From the NCBI GenBank assembly GCA_964016885.1, contig OZ024747.1:27900001-27964000 (forward strand): 64,000 nt of DNA. The letters are read 5' to 3'. The stretch's first letter is position 1. The number at the start of each line of letters is the position of its first letter. The notes beneath the pieces were generated by a model that had not been told where the DNA came from, made no database searches, and saw only the letters and a program-made list of their open reading frames with translations. The stretch is from Eledone cirrhosa (Eukaryota). This document shows positions 51,501 through 64,000 of this stretch, in pieces. The translations under genes and the position numbers were made by a program.

Positions 51501-54500
51501 AGTCAGGATATTGGTGTACTGAGGATGTTGTGGAGTGTATAGTTAGGATATTGGTGTACTGGGGATGTTGTGGAGTGTATAGTCAGGATATTGGTGTACT
51601 GGGATATTGTGGAGTGTATAGTCAGGATATTGGTGTACTGGGATGTTGTGGAGTGTATAGTCAGGATATTGGTGTACTGGGGATGTTGTGGAGTGTATAG
51701 TCAGGATATTGGTGTACTGGGATATTGTGGAGTGTATAGTCAGGATATTTGTGTACTGGGGATGTTGTGGAGTGTATAGTCAGGATATTGGTGTACTGGG
51801 ATGTTGTGGAGTGTATAGTCAGGATATTGGTGTACTGGGGATTGTTGTGGAGTGTATAGTCAGGATATTGGTGTACTGGGATATTGTGGAGTGTATAGTC
51901 TGGATATTTGTGTACTGGGGATGTTGTGGAGTGTATAGTCAGGATATTGGTGTACTGGGGATGTTGTGTGGTGTATAGTCAGGATATTGGTGTACTGGGG
52001 ATGTTGTGTGGTGTATAGTCAGGATATTGGTGTACTGGGGTGTTGTGGGGTGTATAGTCAGGATATTGGTGTACTGGGGATGTTGTGGAGTGTATAGTCA
52101 GGATATTGGTGTACTGGGGATGTTGTGGAGTGTATAGTCAGGATATTGGTGTACTGGGTGTTGTGGAGTGTATAGTCAGGATATTGGTGTACTGGGGATG
52201 TTGTGGAGTGTATAGTCAGGATATTGGTGTACTGGGGTGTTGTGTGGTGTATAGTCAGGATATTTGTGTACTGGGGATGTTGTGGAGTGTATAGTCAGGA
52301 TATTGGTGTACTGGGGATGTTGTGGAGTGTATAGTCAGGATATTGGTGTACTGGGATATTGTGGAGTGTATAGTCAGGATATTGGTGTACTGGGATATTG
52401 TGGAGTGTATAGTCAGGATATTTGTGTACGGGGATGTTGTGGAGTGTATAGTCAGGATATTGGTGTACTGGGATGTTGTGGAGTGTATAGTCAGGATATT
52501 GGTGTACTGGGGTGTTGTGGAGTGTATAGTCAGGATATTGGTGTACTGGGATGTTGTGGAGTGTATAGTCAGGATATTGGTGTACTGGGGATGTTGTGGG
52601 AGTGTATAGTCAGGAATATTGGTGTACTGGGATGTTGTGGAGTGTATAGTCAGGATATTGGTGTACTGGGATATTGTGGAGTGTATAGTCAGGATATTTG
52701 TGTACTGGGGATGTTGTGGAGTGTATAGTCAGGATATTGGTGTACTGGATATTGTGGAGTGTATAGTCAGGATATTTGTGTACTGGGGATGTTGTGGAGT
52801 GTATAGTCAGGATATTTGGTGTACTGGGGATGTTGTGGAGTGTATAGTCAGGATATTGGTGTACTGGGATATTGTGGAGTGTATAGTCAGGATATTGGTG
52901 TACTGGGGATGTTGTGGAGTGTATAGTCAGGATATTGGTGTACTGGGATTGTTGTGGAGTGTATAGTCAGGATATTGGTGTACTGGGGATGTTGTGGAGT
53001 GTATAGTCAGGATATTGGTGTACTGGGGATGTTGTGGAGTGTATAGTCAGGATATTGGTGTACTGGGATGTTGTGGAGTGTATAGTCAGGATATTTGTGT
53101 ACTGGGGGATGTTGTGGAGTGTATAGTCAGGATATTGGTGTACTGGGGATGGTGTGGAGTGTATAGTCAGGATATTGGTGGGACTGGGGATGGTGTGGAG
53201 TGTATAGTCAGGATATTGGTGTACTGGGGATGGTGTGGGAGTGTATAGTCAGGATATTGGTGGACTGGGGATATTGTGGAGTGTATAGTCAGGATATTGG
53301 TGTACTGGGGATGTTGTGGAGTGTATAGTCAGGATATTGGTGTACTGGGGATGTTGTGGAGTGTATAGTCAGGATATTGGTGTACTGGGATGTTGTGGAG
53401 TGTATAGTCAGGATATTTGTGTACTGGGGATGTTGTGGAGTGTATAGTCAGGATATTGGTGTACTGGGGATGGTGTGGAGTGTATAGTCAGGATATTGGT
53501 GTACTGGGGATGTTGTGGAGTGTATAGTCAGGATATTGGTGTACTGGGGATGTTGTGGAGTGTATAGTCAGGATATTGGTGTACTGGGATGTTTGTGGAG
53601 TGTATAGTCAGGATATTTGTGTACTGGGGATGTTGTGGAGTGTATAGTCAGGATATTGGTGTACTGGGGATGGTGTGGAGTGTATAGTCAGGATATTGGT
53701 GTACTGGGGATGGTGTGGAGTGTATAGTCAGGATATTGGTGGACTGGGGATATTGTGGAGTGTATAGTCAGGATATTGGTGTACTGGGATGTTGTGGAGT
53801 GTATAGTCAGGATATTGGTGTACTGGGGATTGTTGTGGAGTGTATAGTCAGGATATTGGTGTACTGGGGATGTTGTGGAGTGTATAGTCAGGATATTGGT
53901 GTACTGGGGATGTTGTGGAGTGTATAGTCAGGATATTGGTGTACTGGGATGTTGTGGAGTGTATAGTCAGGATATTGGTGTACTGGGGATGTTGTGGAGT
54001 GTATAGTCAGGATATTGGTGTACTGGGGATATTGTGGAGTGTATAGTCAGGATATTGGTGTACTGGGGATATTGTGGAGTGTATAGTCAGGATATTGGTG
54101 TACTGGGATGTTGTGGAGTGTATAGTCAGGATATTGGTGTACTGGGGATGTTGTGGAGTGTATAGTCAGGATATTGGTGTACTGGGGATGTTGTGGAGTG
54201 TATAGTCAGGATATTGGTGTACTGGGATGTTGTGGAGTGTATAGTCAGGATATTGGTGTACTGGGGTGTTGTGGAGTGTATAGTCAGGATATTGGTGTAC
54301 TGGGATGTTGTGGAGTGTATAGTCAGGATATTGGTGTACTGGGATGTTGTGGAGTGTATAGTCAGGATATTGGTGTACTGGGGATGTTGTGGAGTGTATA
54401 GTCAGGATATTGGTGTACTGGGGATGTTGTGGAGTGTATAGTCAGGATATTGGTGTACTGGGGATGTTGTGGAGTGTATAGTCAGGATATTGGTGTACTG

Positions 54501-57500
54501 GGGTGTTGTGGAGTGTATAGTCAGGATATTGGTGTACTGGGATATTGTGGAGTGTATAGTCAGGATATTGGTGGACTGGGGATATTGTGGAGTGTATAGT
54601 CAGGATATTGGTGTACTGGGATATTGTGGAGTGTATAGTCAGGATATTGGTGTACTGGGATGTTGTGGAGTGTATAGTCAGGATATTGGTGTACTGGGGA
54701 TGTTGTGGAGTGTATAGTCAGGATATTGGTGTACTGGGATGTTGTGGAGTGTATAGTCAGGATATTGGTGTACTGGGGATGTTGTGGAGTGTATAGTCAG
54801 GATATTGGTGTACTGGGATGTTGTGGAGTGTATAGTCAGGATATTTGTGTACTGGGGATGTTGTGGAGTGTATAGTCAGGATATTGGTGTACTGGGGATG
54901 TTGTGGAGTGTATAGTCAGGATATTGGTGTACTGGGGATGTTGTGGAGTGTATAGTCAGGATATTGGTGTACTGGGGATGGTGTGGAGTGTATAGTCAGG
55001 ATATTGGTGTACTGGGGTGTTGTGGAGTGTATAGTCAGGATATTGGTGTACTGGGGTGGTTGTGGAGTGTATAGTCAGGATATTGGTGTACTGGGGATGT
55101 TGTGGAGTGTATAGTCAGGATATTGGTGCATTGGGGTGTTGTGGGGTGTATAGTCAGGATATTGGTGCACTGGGGGATGTTGTGGAGTGTATAGTCAGGA
55201 TATTGGTGTACTGGGATATTGTGGAGTGTATAGTCAGGATATTTGTGTACTGGGGATGTTGTGGAGTGTATAGTCAGGATATTGGTGTACTGGGATGTTG
55301 TGGAGTGTATAGTCAGGATATTTGTGTACTGGGGATGTTGTGGAGTGTATAGTCAGGATATTGGTGTACTGGGGATGGTGTGGAGTGTATAGTCAGGATA
55401 TTGGTGTACTGGGGATATTGTGGAGTGTATAGTCAGGATATTGGTGTACTGGGGTGTTGTGGAGTGTATAGTCAGGATATTGGTGTACTGGGGATGTTGT
55501 GGAGTGTATAGTCAGGATATTGGTGTACTGGGATGTTGTGGAGTGTATAGTCAGGATATTTGTGTACTGGGGATGTTGTGGAGTGTATAGTCAGGATATT
55601 GGTGTACTGGGGATGTTGTGGAGTGTATAGTCAGGATATTTGTGTACTGGGGATGTTGTGGAGTGTATAGTCAGGATATTGGTGTACTGGGATGTTGTGG
55701 AGTGTATAGTCAGGATATTTGTGTACTGGGGATGTTGTGGAGTGTATAGTCAGGATATTGGTGTACTGGGGATGGTGTGGAGTGTATAGTCAGGATATTG
55801 GTGTACTGGGGATGGTGTGGAGTGTATAGTCAGGATATTGGTGTACTGGGGTGTTGTGGAGTGTATAGTCAGGATATTGGTGTACTGGGGATGTTGTGGA
55901 GTGTATAGTCAGGATATTGGGGGTGTTGTGGGGTGTATAGTCAGGATATTGGTGTACTGGGGATGTTGTGTGGTGTATAGTCAGGATATTGGTGTACTGG
56001 GGTGTTGTGGAGGTGTATAGTCAGGATATTGGTGTACTGGGGTGTTGTGGAGTGTATAGTCAGGATATTGGTGGACTGGGGATGTTGTGTGGTGTATAGT
56101 CAGGATATTGGGTGTACTGGGGATGTTGTGGAGTGTATAGTCAGGATATTGGTGTACTGGGGATGTTGTGGAGTGTATAGTCAGGATATTGGTGTACTGG
56201 GGATGTTGTGGAGTGTATAGTCAGGATATTGGTGTACTGGGGATGTTGTGGAGTGTATAGTCAGGATATTTGTGTACTGGGGATGTTGTGGAGTGTATAG
56301 TCAGGATATTGGTGTACTGGGGTGTTGTGGAGTGTATAGTCCAGGATATTGGTGTACTGGGATATTGTGGAGTGTATAGTCAGGATATTGGTGTACTGGG
56401 GATGTTGTGGAGTGTATAGTCAGGATATTGGTGTACTGGGATGTTGTGGAGTGTATAGTCAGGATATTGGTGTACTGGGATATTGTGGAGTGTATAGTCA
56501 GGATATTTGTGTACTGGGGATGTTGTGGAGTGTATAGTCAGGGATATTGGTGTACTGGAATGTTGTGGAGTGTATAGTCAGGATATTGGTGTACTGAGGA
56601 TGTTGTGGAGTGTATAGTTAGGATATTGGTGTACTGGGGATGTTTGTGGAGTGTATAGTCAGGATATTGGTGTACTGGGATATTGTGGAGTGTATAGTCA
56701 GGATATTGGTGTACTGGGATGTTGTGGAGTGTATAGTCAGGATATTGGTGTACTGGGGATGTTGTGGAGTGTATAGTCAGGATATTGGTGGTACTGGGAT
56801 ATTGTGAGTGTATAGTCAGGATATTGTGTACTGGGGATGTTGTGGAGTGTATAGTCAGGATATTGGTGTACTGGGATGTTGTGGAGTGTATAGTCAGGAT
56901 ATTGGTGTACTGGGGGATGTTGTGGAGTGTATAGTCAGGGATATTGGTGTACTGGGATTTTGTGGAGTGTATAGTCCTGGATATTTGGTGTTACTGGGGA
57001 TGTTGTGGAGTGTATAGTCAGGATATTGGTGTACTGGGGATGTTGTGTGGTGTATAGTCAGGATATTGGTGTACTGGGGATGTTGTGTGGTGTATAGTCA
57101 GGATATTGGTGTACTGGGGTGTTGTGGGGTGTATAGTCAGGATATTGGTGTACTGGGGATGTTGTGGAGTGTATAGTCAGGATATTGGTGTACTGGGGAT
57201 GTTGTGGAGTGTATAGTCAGGATATTGGTGTACTGGGGTGTTGTGGAGTGTATAGTCAGGATATTGGTGTACTGGGGATGTTGTGGAGTGTATAGTCAGG
57301 ATATTGGTGTACTGGGGTGTTGTTGTGGTGTATAGTCCAGGATATTTGTGTACTGGGGATGTTGTGGAGTGTATAGTCAGGATATTGGTGTACTGGGGAT
57401 GTTGTGGAGTGTATAGTCAGGATATTGGTGTACTGGGATATTTGTGGAGTGTATAGTCAGGATATTGGTGTACTGGGGATATTGTGGAGTGTATAGTCAG

Positions 57501-60500
57501 GATATTTGTGTACTGGGGATGTTGTGGAGTGGTATAGTCAGGATATTGGTGTACTGGGATGTTGTGGAGTGTATAGTCAGGATATTGGTGTACTGGGGTG
57601 TTGTGGAGTGTATAGGTCAGGATATTGGTGTACTGGGATGTTGTGGAGTGTATAGTCAGGATATTGGTGTACTGGGGATGTTGTGGAGTGTATAGTCAGG
57701 ATATTGGTGTACTGGGATGTTGTGGAGTGTATAGTCAGGATATTGGTGTACTGGGATATTGTGGAGTGTATAGTCAGGATATTTGTGTACTGGGGAATGT
57801 TGTGGAGTGTATAGTCAGGATATTGGTGTACTGGGATATTTGTGGAGTGTATAGTCAGGATATTTGTGTACTGGGGATGTTGTGGAGTGTATAGTCAGGA
57901 TATTGGTGTAACTGGGGATGTTGTGGAGTGTATAGTCAGGATATTGGTGTACTGGGATATTGTGGAGTGTATAGTCAGGATATTGGTGTACTGGGGATGT
58001 TGTGGAGTGTATAGTCAGGATATTGGTGTACTGGGGATGTTGTGGAGTGTATAGTCAGGATATTGGTGTACTGGGGGATGTTGTGGAGTGTATAATCAGG
58101 ATATTGGTGTACTGGGGATGTTGTGGAGTGTATAGTCAGGATATTGTGTACTGGGATGTTGTGGAGTGTATAGTCAGGATATTTGTGTACTGGGGATGTT
58201 GTGGAGTGTATAGTCAGGATATTGGTGTACTGGGGATGGTGTGGAGTGTATAGTCAGGATATTGGTGTACTGGGATGGTNNNNNNNNNNNNNNNNNNNNN
58301 NNNNNNNNNNNNNNNNNNNNNNNNNNNNNNNNNNNNNNNNNNNNNNNNNNNNNNNNNNNNNNNNNNNNNNNNNNNNNNNNNNNNNNNNNNNNNNNNNNNN
58401 NNNNNNNNNNNNNNNNNNNNNNNNNNNNNNNNNNNNNNNNNNNNNNNNNNNNNNNNNNNNNNNNNNNNNNNNNNNNNNNTTGGTGTACTGGGGATGTTGT
58501 GGAGTGTATAATCAGGATATTGTGTTGTACTGGGGATGTTGTGGAGTGTATAGTCAGGATATTGGTGTACTGGGATGTTGTGGAGTGTATAGTCAGGATA
58601 TTTGTGTACTGGGGATGTTGTGGAGTGTATAGTCAGGATATTGGTGTACTGGGGATGGTGTGGAGTGTATAGTCAGGATATTGGTGTACTGGGGATGGTG
58701 TGGAGTGTATAGTCAGGATATTGGGTGTACTGGGGATGGTGTGGAGTGTATAGTCAGGATATTGGTGGACTGGGGGATATTGTGGAGTGTATAGTCAGGA
58801 TATTGGTGTACTGGGGATGTTGTGGAGTGTATAGTCAGGATATTGGTGTACTGGGGATGTTGTGGAGTGTATAGTCAGGATATTGGTGTACTGGGATGTT
58901 GTGGAGTGTATAGTCAGGATATTTGTGTACTGGGGATGTTGTGGAGTGTATAGTCAGGATTATTGGTGTACTGGGGATGGTGTGGAGTGTATAGTCAGGA
59001 TATTGGTGTACTGGGGATGTTGTGGAGTGTATAGTCAGGATATTGGTGTACTGGGGATGTTGTGGAGTGTATAGTCAGGATATTGGTGTACTGGGATGTT
59101 GTGGAGTGTATAGTCAGGATATTTGTGTACTGGGGATGTTGTGGAGTGTATAGTCAGGATATTGGTGTACTGGGGATGGTGTGGAGTGTATAGTCAGGAT
59201 ATTGGTGTACTGGGGATGGTGTGGAGTGTATAGTCAGGATATTGGTGGACTGGGGATATTGTGGAGTGTATAGTCAGGATATTGGTGTACTGGGGATGTT
59301 GTGGAGTGTATAGTCAGGATATTGGTGTACTGGGGATGTTGTGGAGTGTATAGTCAGGATATTGGTGTACTGGGGATGTTGTGGAGTGTATAGTCAGGAT
59401 ATTGGTGTACTGGGGATGTTGTGGAGTGTATAGTCAGGATATTGGTGTACTGGGGATGTTGTGGAGTGTATAGTCAGGATATTGGTGTACTGGGGTGTTG
59501 TGGAGTGTATAGTCAGGATATTGGTGGACTGGGGATATTGTGGAGTGTATAGTCAGGATATTGGTGTACTGGGGATATTGTGGAGTGTATAGTCAGGATA
59601 TTGGTGTACTGGGATGTTGTGGAGTGTATAGTCAGGATATTGGTGTACTGGGGATGTTGTGGAGTGTATAGTCAGGATATTGGTGTACTGGGGATGTTGT
59701 GGAGTGTATAGTCAGGATATTGGTGTACTGGGATGTTGTGGAGTGTATAGTCAGGATATTGGTGTACTGGGGTGTTGTGGAGTGTATAGTCAGGATATTG
59801 GTGTACTGGGATGTTGTGGAGTGTATAGTCAGGATATTGGTGTACTGGGATGTTGTGGAGTGTATAGTCAGGATATTGGTGTACTGGGGATGTTGTGGAG
59901 TGTATAGTCAGGATATTGGTGTACTGGGGATGTTGTGGAGTGTATAGTCAGGATATTGGTGTACTGGGATGTTGTGGAGTGTATAGTCAGGATATTGGTG
60001 TACTGGGGTGTTGTGGAGTGTATAGTCAGGATATTGGTGTACTGGGATATTGTGGAGTGTATAGTCAGGATATTGGTGGACTGGGGATATTGTGGAGTGT
60101 ATAGTCAGGATATTGGTGTACTGGGGATATTGTGGAGTGTATAGTCAGGATATTGGTGTACTGGGATGTTGTGGAGTGTATAGTCAGGATATTGGTGTAC
60201 TGGGGATGTTGTGGAGTGTATAGTCAGGATATTGGTGTACTGGGATGTTGTGGAGTGTATAGTCAGGATATTGGTGTACTGGGGATGTTGTGGAGTGTAT
60301 AGTCAGGATATTGGTGTACTGGGATGTTGTGGAGTGTATAGTCAGGATATTTGTGTACTGGGGATGTTGTGGAGTGTATAGTCAGGATATTGGTGTACTG
60401 GGGATGTTGTGGAGTGTATAGTCAGGATATTGGTGTACTGGGGATGTTGTGGAGTGTATAGTCAGGATATTGGTGTACTGGGGATGGTGTGGAGTGTATA

Positions 60501-63500
60501 GTCAGGATATTGGTGTACTGGGGATGGTGTGGAGTGTATAGTCAGGATATTGGTGTACTGGGGTGTTGTGGAGTGTATAGTCAGGATATTGGTGTACTGG
60601 GGATGTTGTGGAGTGTATAGTCAGGATATTGGTGCATTGGGGTGTTGTGGGGTGTATAGTCAGGATATTGGTGCACTGGGGATGTTGTGGAGTGTATAGT
60701 CAGGATATTGGTGTACTGGGATATTGTGGAGTGTATAGTCAGGATATTTGTGTACTGGGGATGTTGTGGAGTGTATAGTCAGGATATTGGTGTACTGGGA
60801 TGTTGTGGAGTGTATAGTCAGGATATTTGTGTACTGGGGATGTTGTGGAGTGTATAGTCAGGATATTGGTGTACTGGGGATGGTGTGGAGTGTATAGTCA
60901 GGATATTGGTGTACTGGGGATATTGTGGAGTGTATAGTCAGGATATTGGTGTACTGGGGTGTTGTGGAGTGTATAGTCAGGATATTGGTGTACTGGGGAT
61001 GTTGTGGAGTGTATAGTCAGGATATTGGTGTACTGGGATGTTGTGGAGTGTATAGTCAGGATATTTGTGTACTGGGGATGTTGTGGAGTGTATAGTCAGG
61101 ATATTGGTGTACTGGGATGTTGTGGAGTGTATAGTCAGGATATTTGTGTACTGGGGATGTTGTGGAGTGTATAGTCAGGATATTTGTGTACTGGGGATGT
61201 TGTGGAGTGTATAGTCAGGATATTGGTGTACTGGGGATGGTGTGGAGTGTATAGTCAGGATATTGGTGTACTGGGGATGGTGTGGAGTGTATAGTCAGGA
61301 TATTGGTGTACTGGGGATGTTGTGGAGTGTATAGTCAGGATATTGGGGTGTTGTGGGGTGTATAGTCAGGATATTGGTGTACTGGGGATGTTGTGTGGTG
61401 TATAGTCAGGATATTGGTGTACTGGGGTGTTGTGGAGTGTATTGTCAGGATATTGGTGTACTGGGGATATTGTGGAGTGTACAGTCAGGATATTGGTGTA
61501 CTGGGGTGTTGTGTGGTGTATAGTCAGGATATTGGTGTACTGGGGATGTTGTGTGGTGTATAGTCAGGATATTGGTGTACTGGGGTGTTGTGGAGTGTAT
61601 TGTCAGGATATTGGTGTACTGGGGATATTGTGGAGTGTACAGTCAGGATATTGGTGTACTGGGGTGTTGTGTGGTGTATAGTCAGGATATTGGTGTACTG
61701 GGGATGTTGTGGAGTGTATAGTCAGGATGTTGGTGTACTGGGGATGTTGTGGAGTGTACAGTCAGGATATTGGTGTACTGGGGTGTTGTGGAGTGTATAG
61801 TCAGGATATTGGTGTACTGGGAATGTTGTGGAGTGTATAGTCAGGATATTGGTGTACTGGGGATGTTGTGGAGTGTATAGTCAGGATATTGGTGTACTGG
61901 GGATGTTGTGGAGTGTACAGTCAGGATATTCGTGTACTGGGGATGTTGTGGAGTGTATAGTTAGGATATTGGTGTACTGGGGATGTTGTGGAGTGTACAG
62001 TCAGGATATTGGTGTACTGGGGATGTTGTGGAGTGTATAGTCAGGATATTGGTGCACTGGGGATGTTGTGGAGTGTATAGTCAGGATATTGGTGTACTGA
62101 GGATGGTGTGGAGTGTATAGTCAGGATATTGGTGTACTGGGGATGTTGTGGAGTGTATAGTTAGGATATTGGTGTACTGGGGATGTTGTGGAGTGTATAG
62201 TCAGGATATTGGTGCATTGGGGTGTTGTGGGGTGTATAGTCAGGATATTGGTGTACTGGGGATGTTGTGGAGTGTATAGTCAGGATATTGGTGGACTGGG
62301 GATGTTGTGTGGTGTATAGTCAGGATATTGGTGTACTGGGGATGTTGTGGAGTGTATAGTCAGGATATTGGTGTACTGGGGATGTTGTGGAGTGTATAGT
62401 CAGGATATTGGTGTACTGGGGATGTTGTGGAGTGTATAGTCAGGATATTGGTGTACTGGGGATGTTGTGGAGTGTATAGTCAGGATATTTGTGTACTGGG
62501 GATGTTGTGGAGTGTATAGTCAGGATATTGGTGTACTGGGGTGTTGTGGAGTGTATAGTCAGGATATTGGTGTACTGGGATATTGTGGAGTGTATAGTCA
62601 GGATATTGGTGTACTGGGATGTTGTGGAGTGTATAGTCAGGATATTGGTGTACTGGGATGTTGTGGAGTGTATAGTCAGGATATTGGTGTACTGGGATAT
62701 TGTGGAGTGTATAGTCAGGATATTTGTGTACTGGGGATGTTGTGGAGTGTATAGTCAGGATATTGGTGTACTGGAATGTTGTGGAGTGTATAGTCAGGAT
62801 ATTGGTGTACTGAGGATGTTGTGGAGTGTATAGTTAGGATATTGGTGTACTGGGGATGTTGTGGAGTGTATAGTCAGGATATTGGTGTACTGGGATATTG
62901 TGGAGTGTATAGTCAGGATATTGGTGTACTGGGATGTTGTGGAGTGTATAGTCAGGATATTGGTGTACTGGGGATGTTGTGGAGTGTATAGTCAGGATAT
63001 TGGTGTACTGGGATATTGTGGAGTGTATAGTCAGGATATTTGTGTACTGGGGATGTTGTGGAGTGTATAGTCAGGATATTGGTGTACTGGGGTTTTGTGG
63101 AGTGTATAGTCAGGATATTGGTGTACTGGGGATGTTGTGGAGTGTATAGTCAGGATATTGGTGTACTGGGATATTGTGGAGTGTATAGTCTGGATATTTG
63201 TGTACTGGGGATGTTGTGGAGTGTATAGTCAGGATATTGGTGTACTGGGGATGTTGTGTGGTGTATAGTCAGGATATTGGTGTACTGGGGATGTTGTGTG
63301 GTGTATAGTCAGGATATTGGTGTACTGGGGTGTTGTGGGGTGTATAGTCAGGATATTGGTGTACTGGGGATGTTGTGGAGTGTATAGTCAGGATATTGGT
63401 GTACTGGGGATGTTGTGGAGTGTATAGTCAGGATATTGGTGTACTGGGGTGTTGTGGAGTGTATAGTCAGGATATTGGTGTACTGGGGATGTTGTGGAGT

Positions 63501-64000
63501 GTATAGTCAGGATATTGGTGTACTGGGGTGTTGTGTGGTGTATAGTCAGGATATTTGTGTACTGGGGATGTTGTGGAGTGTATAGTCAGGATATTGGTGT
63601 ACTGGGGATGTTGTGGAGTGTATAGTCAGGATATTGGTGTACTGGGATATTGTGGAGTGTATAGTCAGGATATTGGTGTACTGGGATATTGTGGAGTGTA
63701 TAGTCAGGATATTTGTGTACTGGGGATGTTGTGGAGTGTATAGTCAGGATATTGGTGTACTGGGATGTTGTGGAGTGTATAGTCAGGATATTGGTGTACT
63801 GGGGTGTTGTGGAGTGTATAGTCAGGATATTGGTGTACTGGGATGTTGTGGAGTGTATAGTCAGGATATTGGTGTACTGGGGATGTTGTGGAGTGTATAG
63901 TCAGGATATTGGTGTACTGGGATGTTGTGGAGTGTATAGTCAGGATATTGGTGTACTGGGATATTGTGGAGTGTATAGTCAGGATATTTGTGTACTGGGG
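33505..64000 (+). repeat. 40/39-bp satellite GTATAGTCAGGATATTGGTGTACTGGGGATGTTGTGGAGT (>30 kb, roughly 770 units), SMC2 intron 22
   Basis: Direct observation. Begins degenerate about 50 nt after the exon 22 donor and runs off the window end. Confidence 0.97.
58280..58479. other. Assembly gap (200 N)
   Basis: Run of exactly 200 N inside the satellite. Confidence 0.99.

Noticed and set aside
33573-63900. Numerous Cys/Val/Trp-rich ORFs (VECIVRILVYWG...)
   Set aside because: Frame-cycling translations of a 40/39-bp satellite; no coding signal.
26915-64000. CRISPR-like array interpretation of the 36-40 bp periodicity
   Set aside because: Head-to-tail repeats without unique spacers, no cas genes, eukaryotic intron context.

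Overview
AT-rich, repeat-rich eukaryotic genomic DNA; the SINE/LINE style suggests an invertebrate, possibly an octopod cephalopod (inference only). Two housekeeping genes sit head-to-head with 163 bp between their ATGs. DPH2 (diphthamide biosynthesis 2, minus strand) has three 5' coding exons at 4399-985 and continues off the left edge. SMC2 (condensin subunit, plus strand) has 22 phase-consistent GT-AG coding exons from 4563 to 33454 (3117 nt, 1039 aa); its C-terminal ATPase exons must lie beyond the window. SMC2 intron 21 holds a ~6.4 kb 36/29-bp satellite and intron 22 a >30 kb 40/39-bp satellite with a 200-N gap. Four observations stand out. (1) The 36-bp satellite is an amplified copy of the exon-22 splice-acceptor junction that has lost its AG and carries two branch-point-like CTAAT motifs per unit; smaller junction-derived repeats flank other SMC2 exons. 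(2) The 40-bp satellite contains CAG|GATATTGGT, close to the expected start of the next exon (DFG). (3) A fold-back element in a TA microsatellite carries a complete type I hammerhead-ribozyme motif of Penelope style, and a second fold-back element has a related degenerate motif. (4) SMC2 intron 17 contains two long near-perfect palindromes. The many ORFs from 27-64 kb are satellite translation artefacts.
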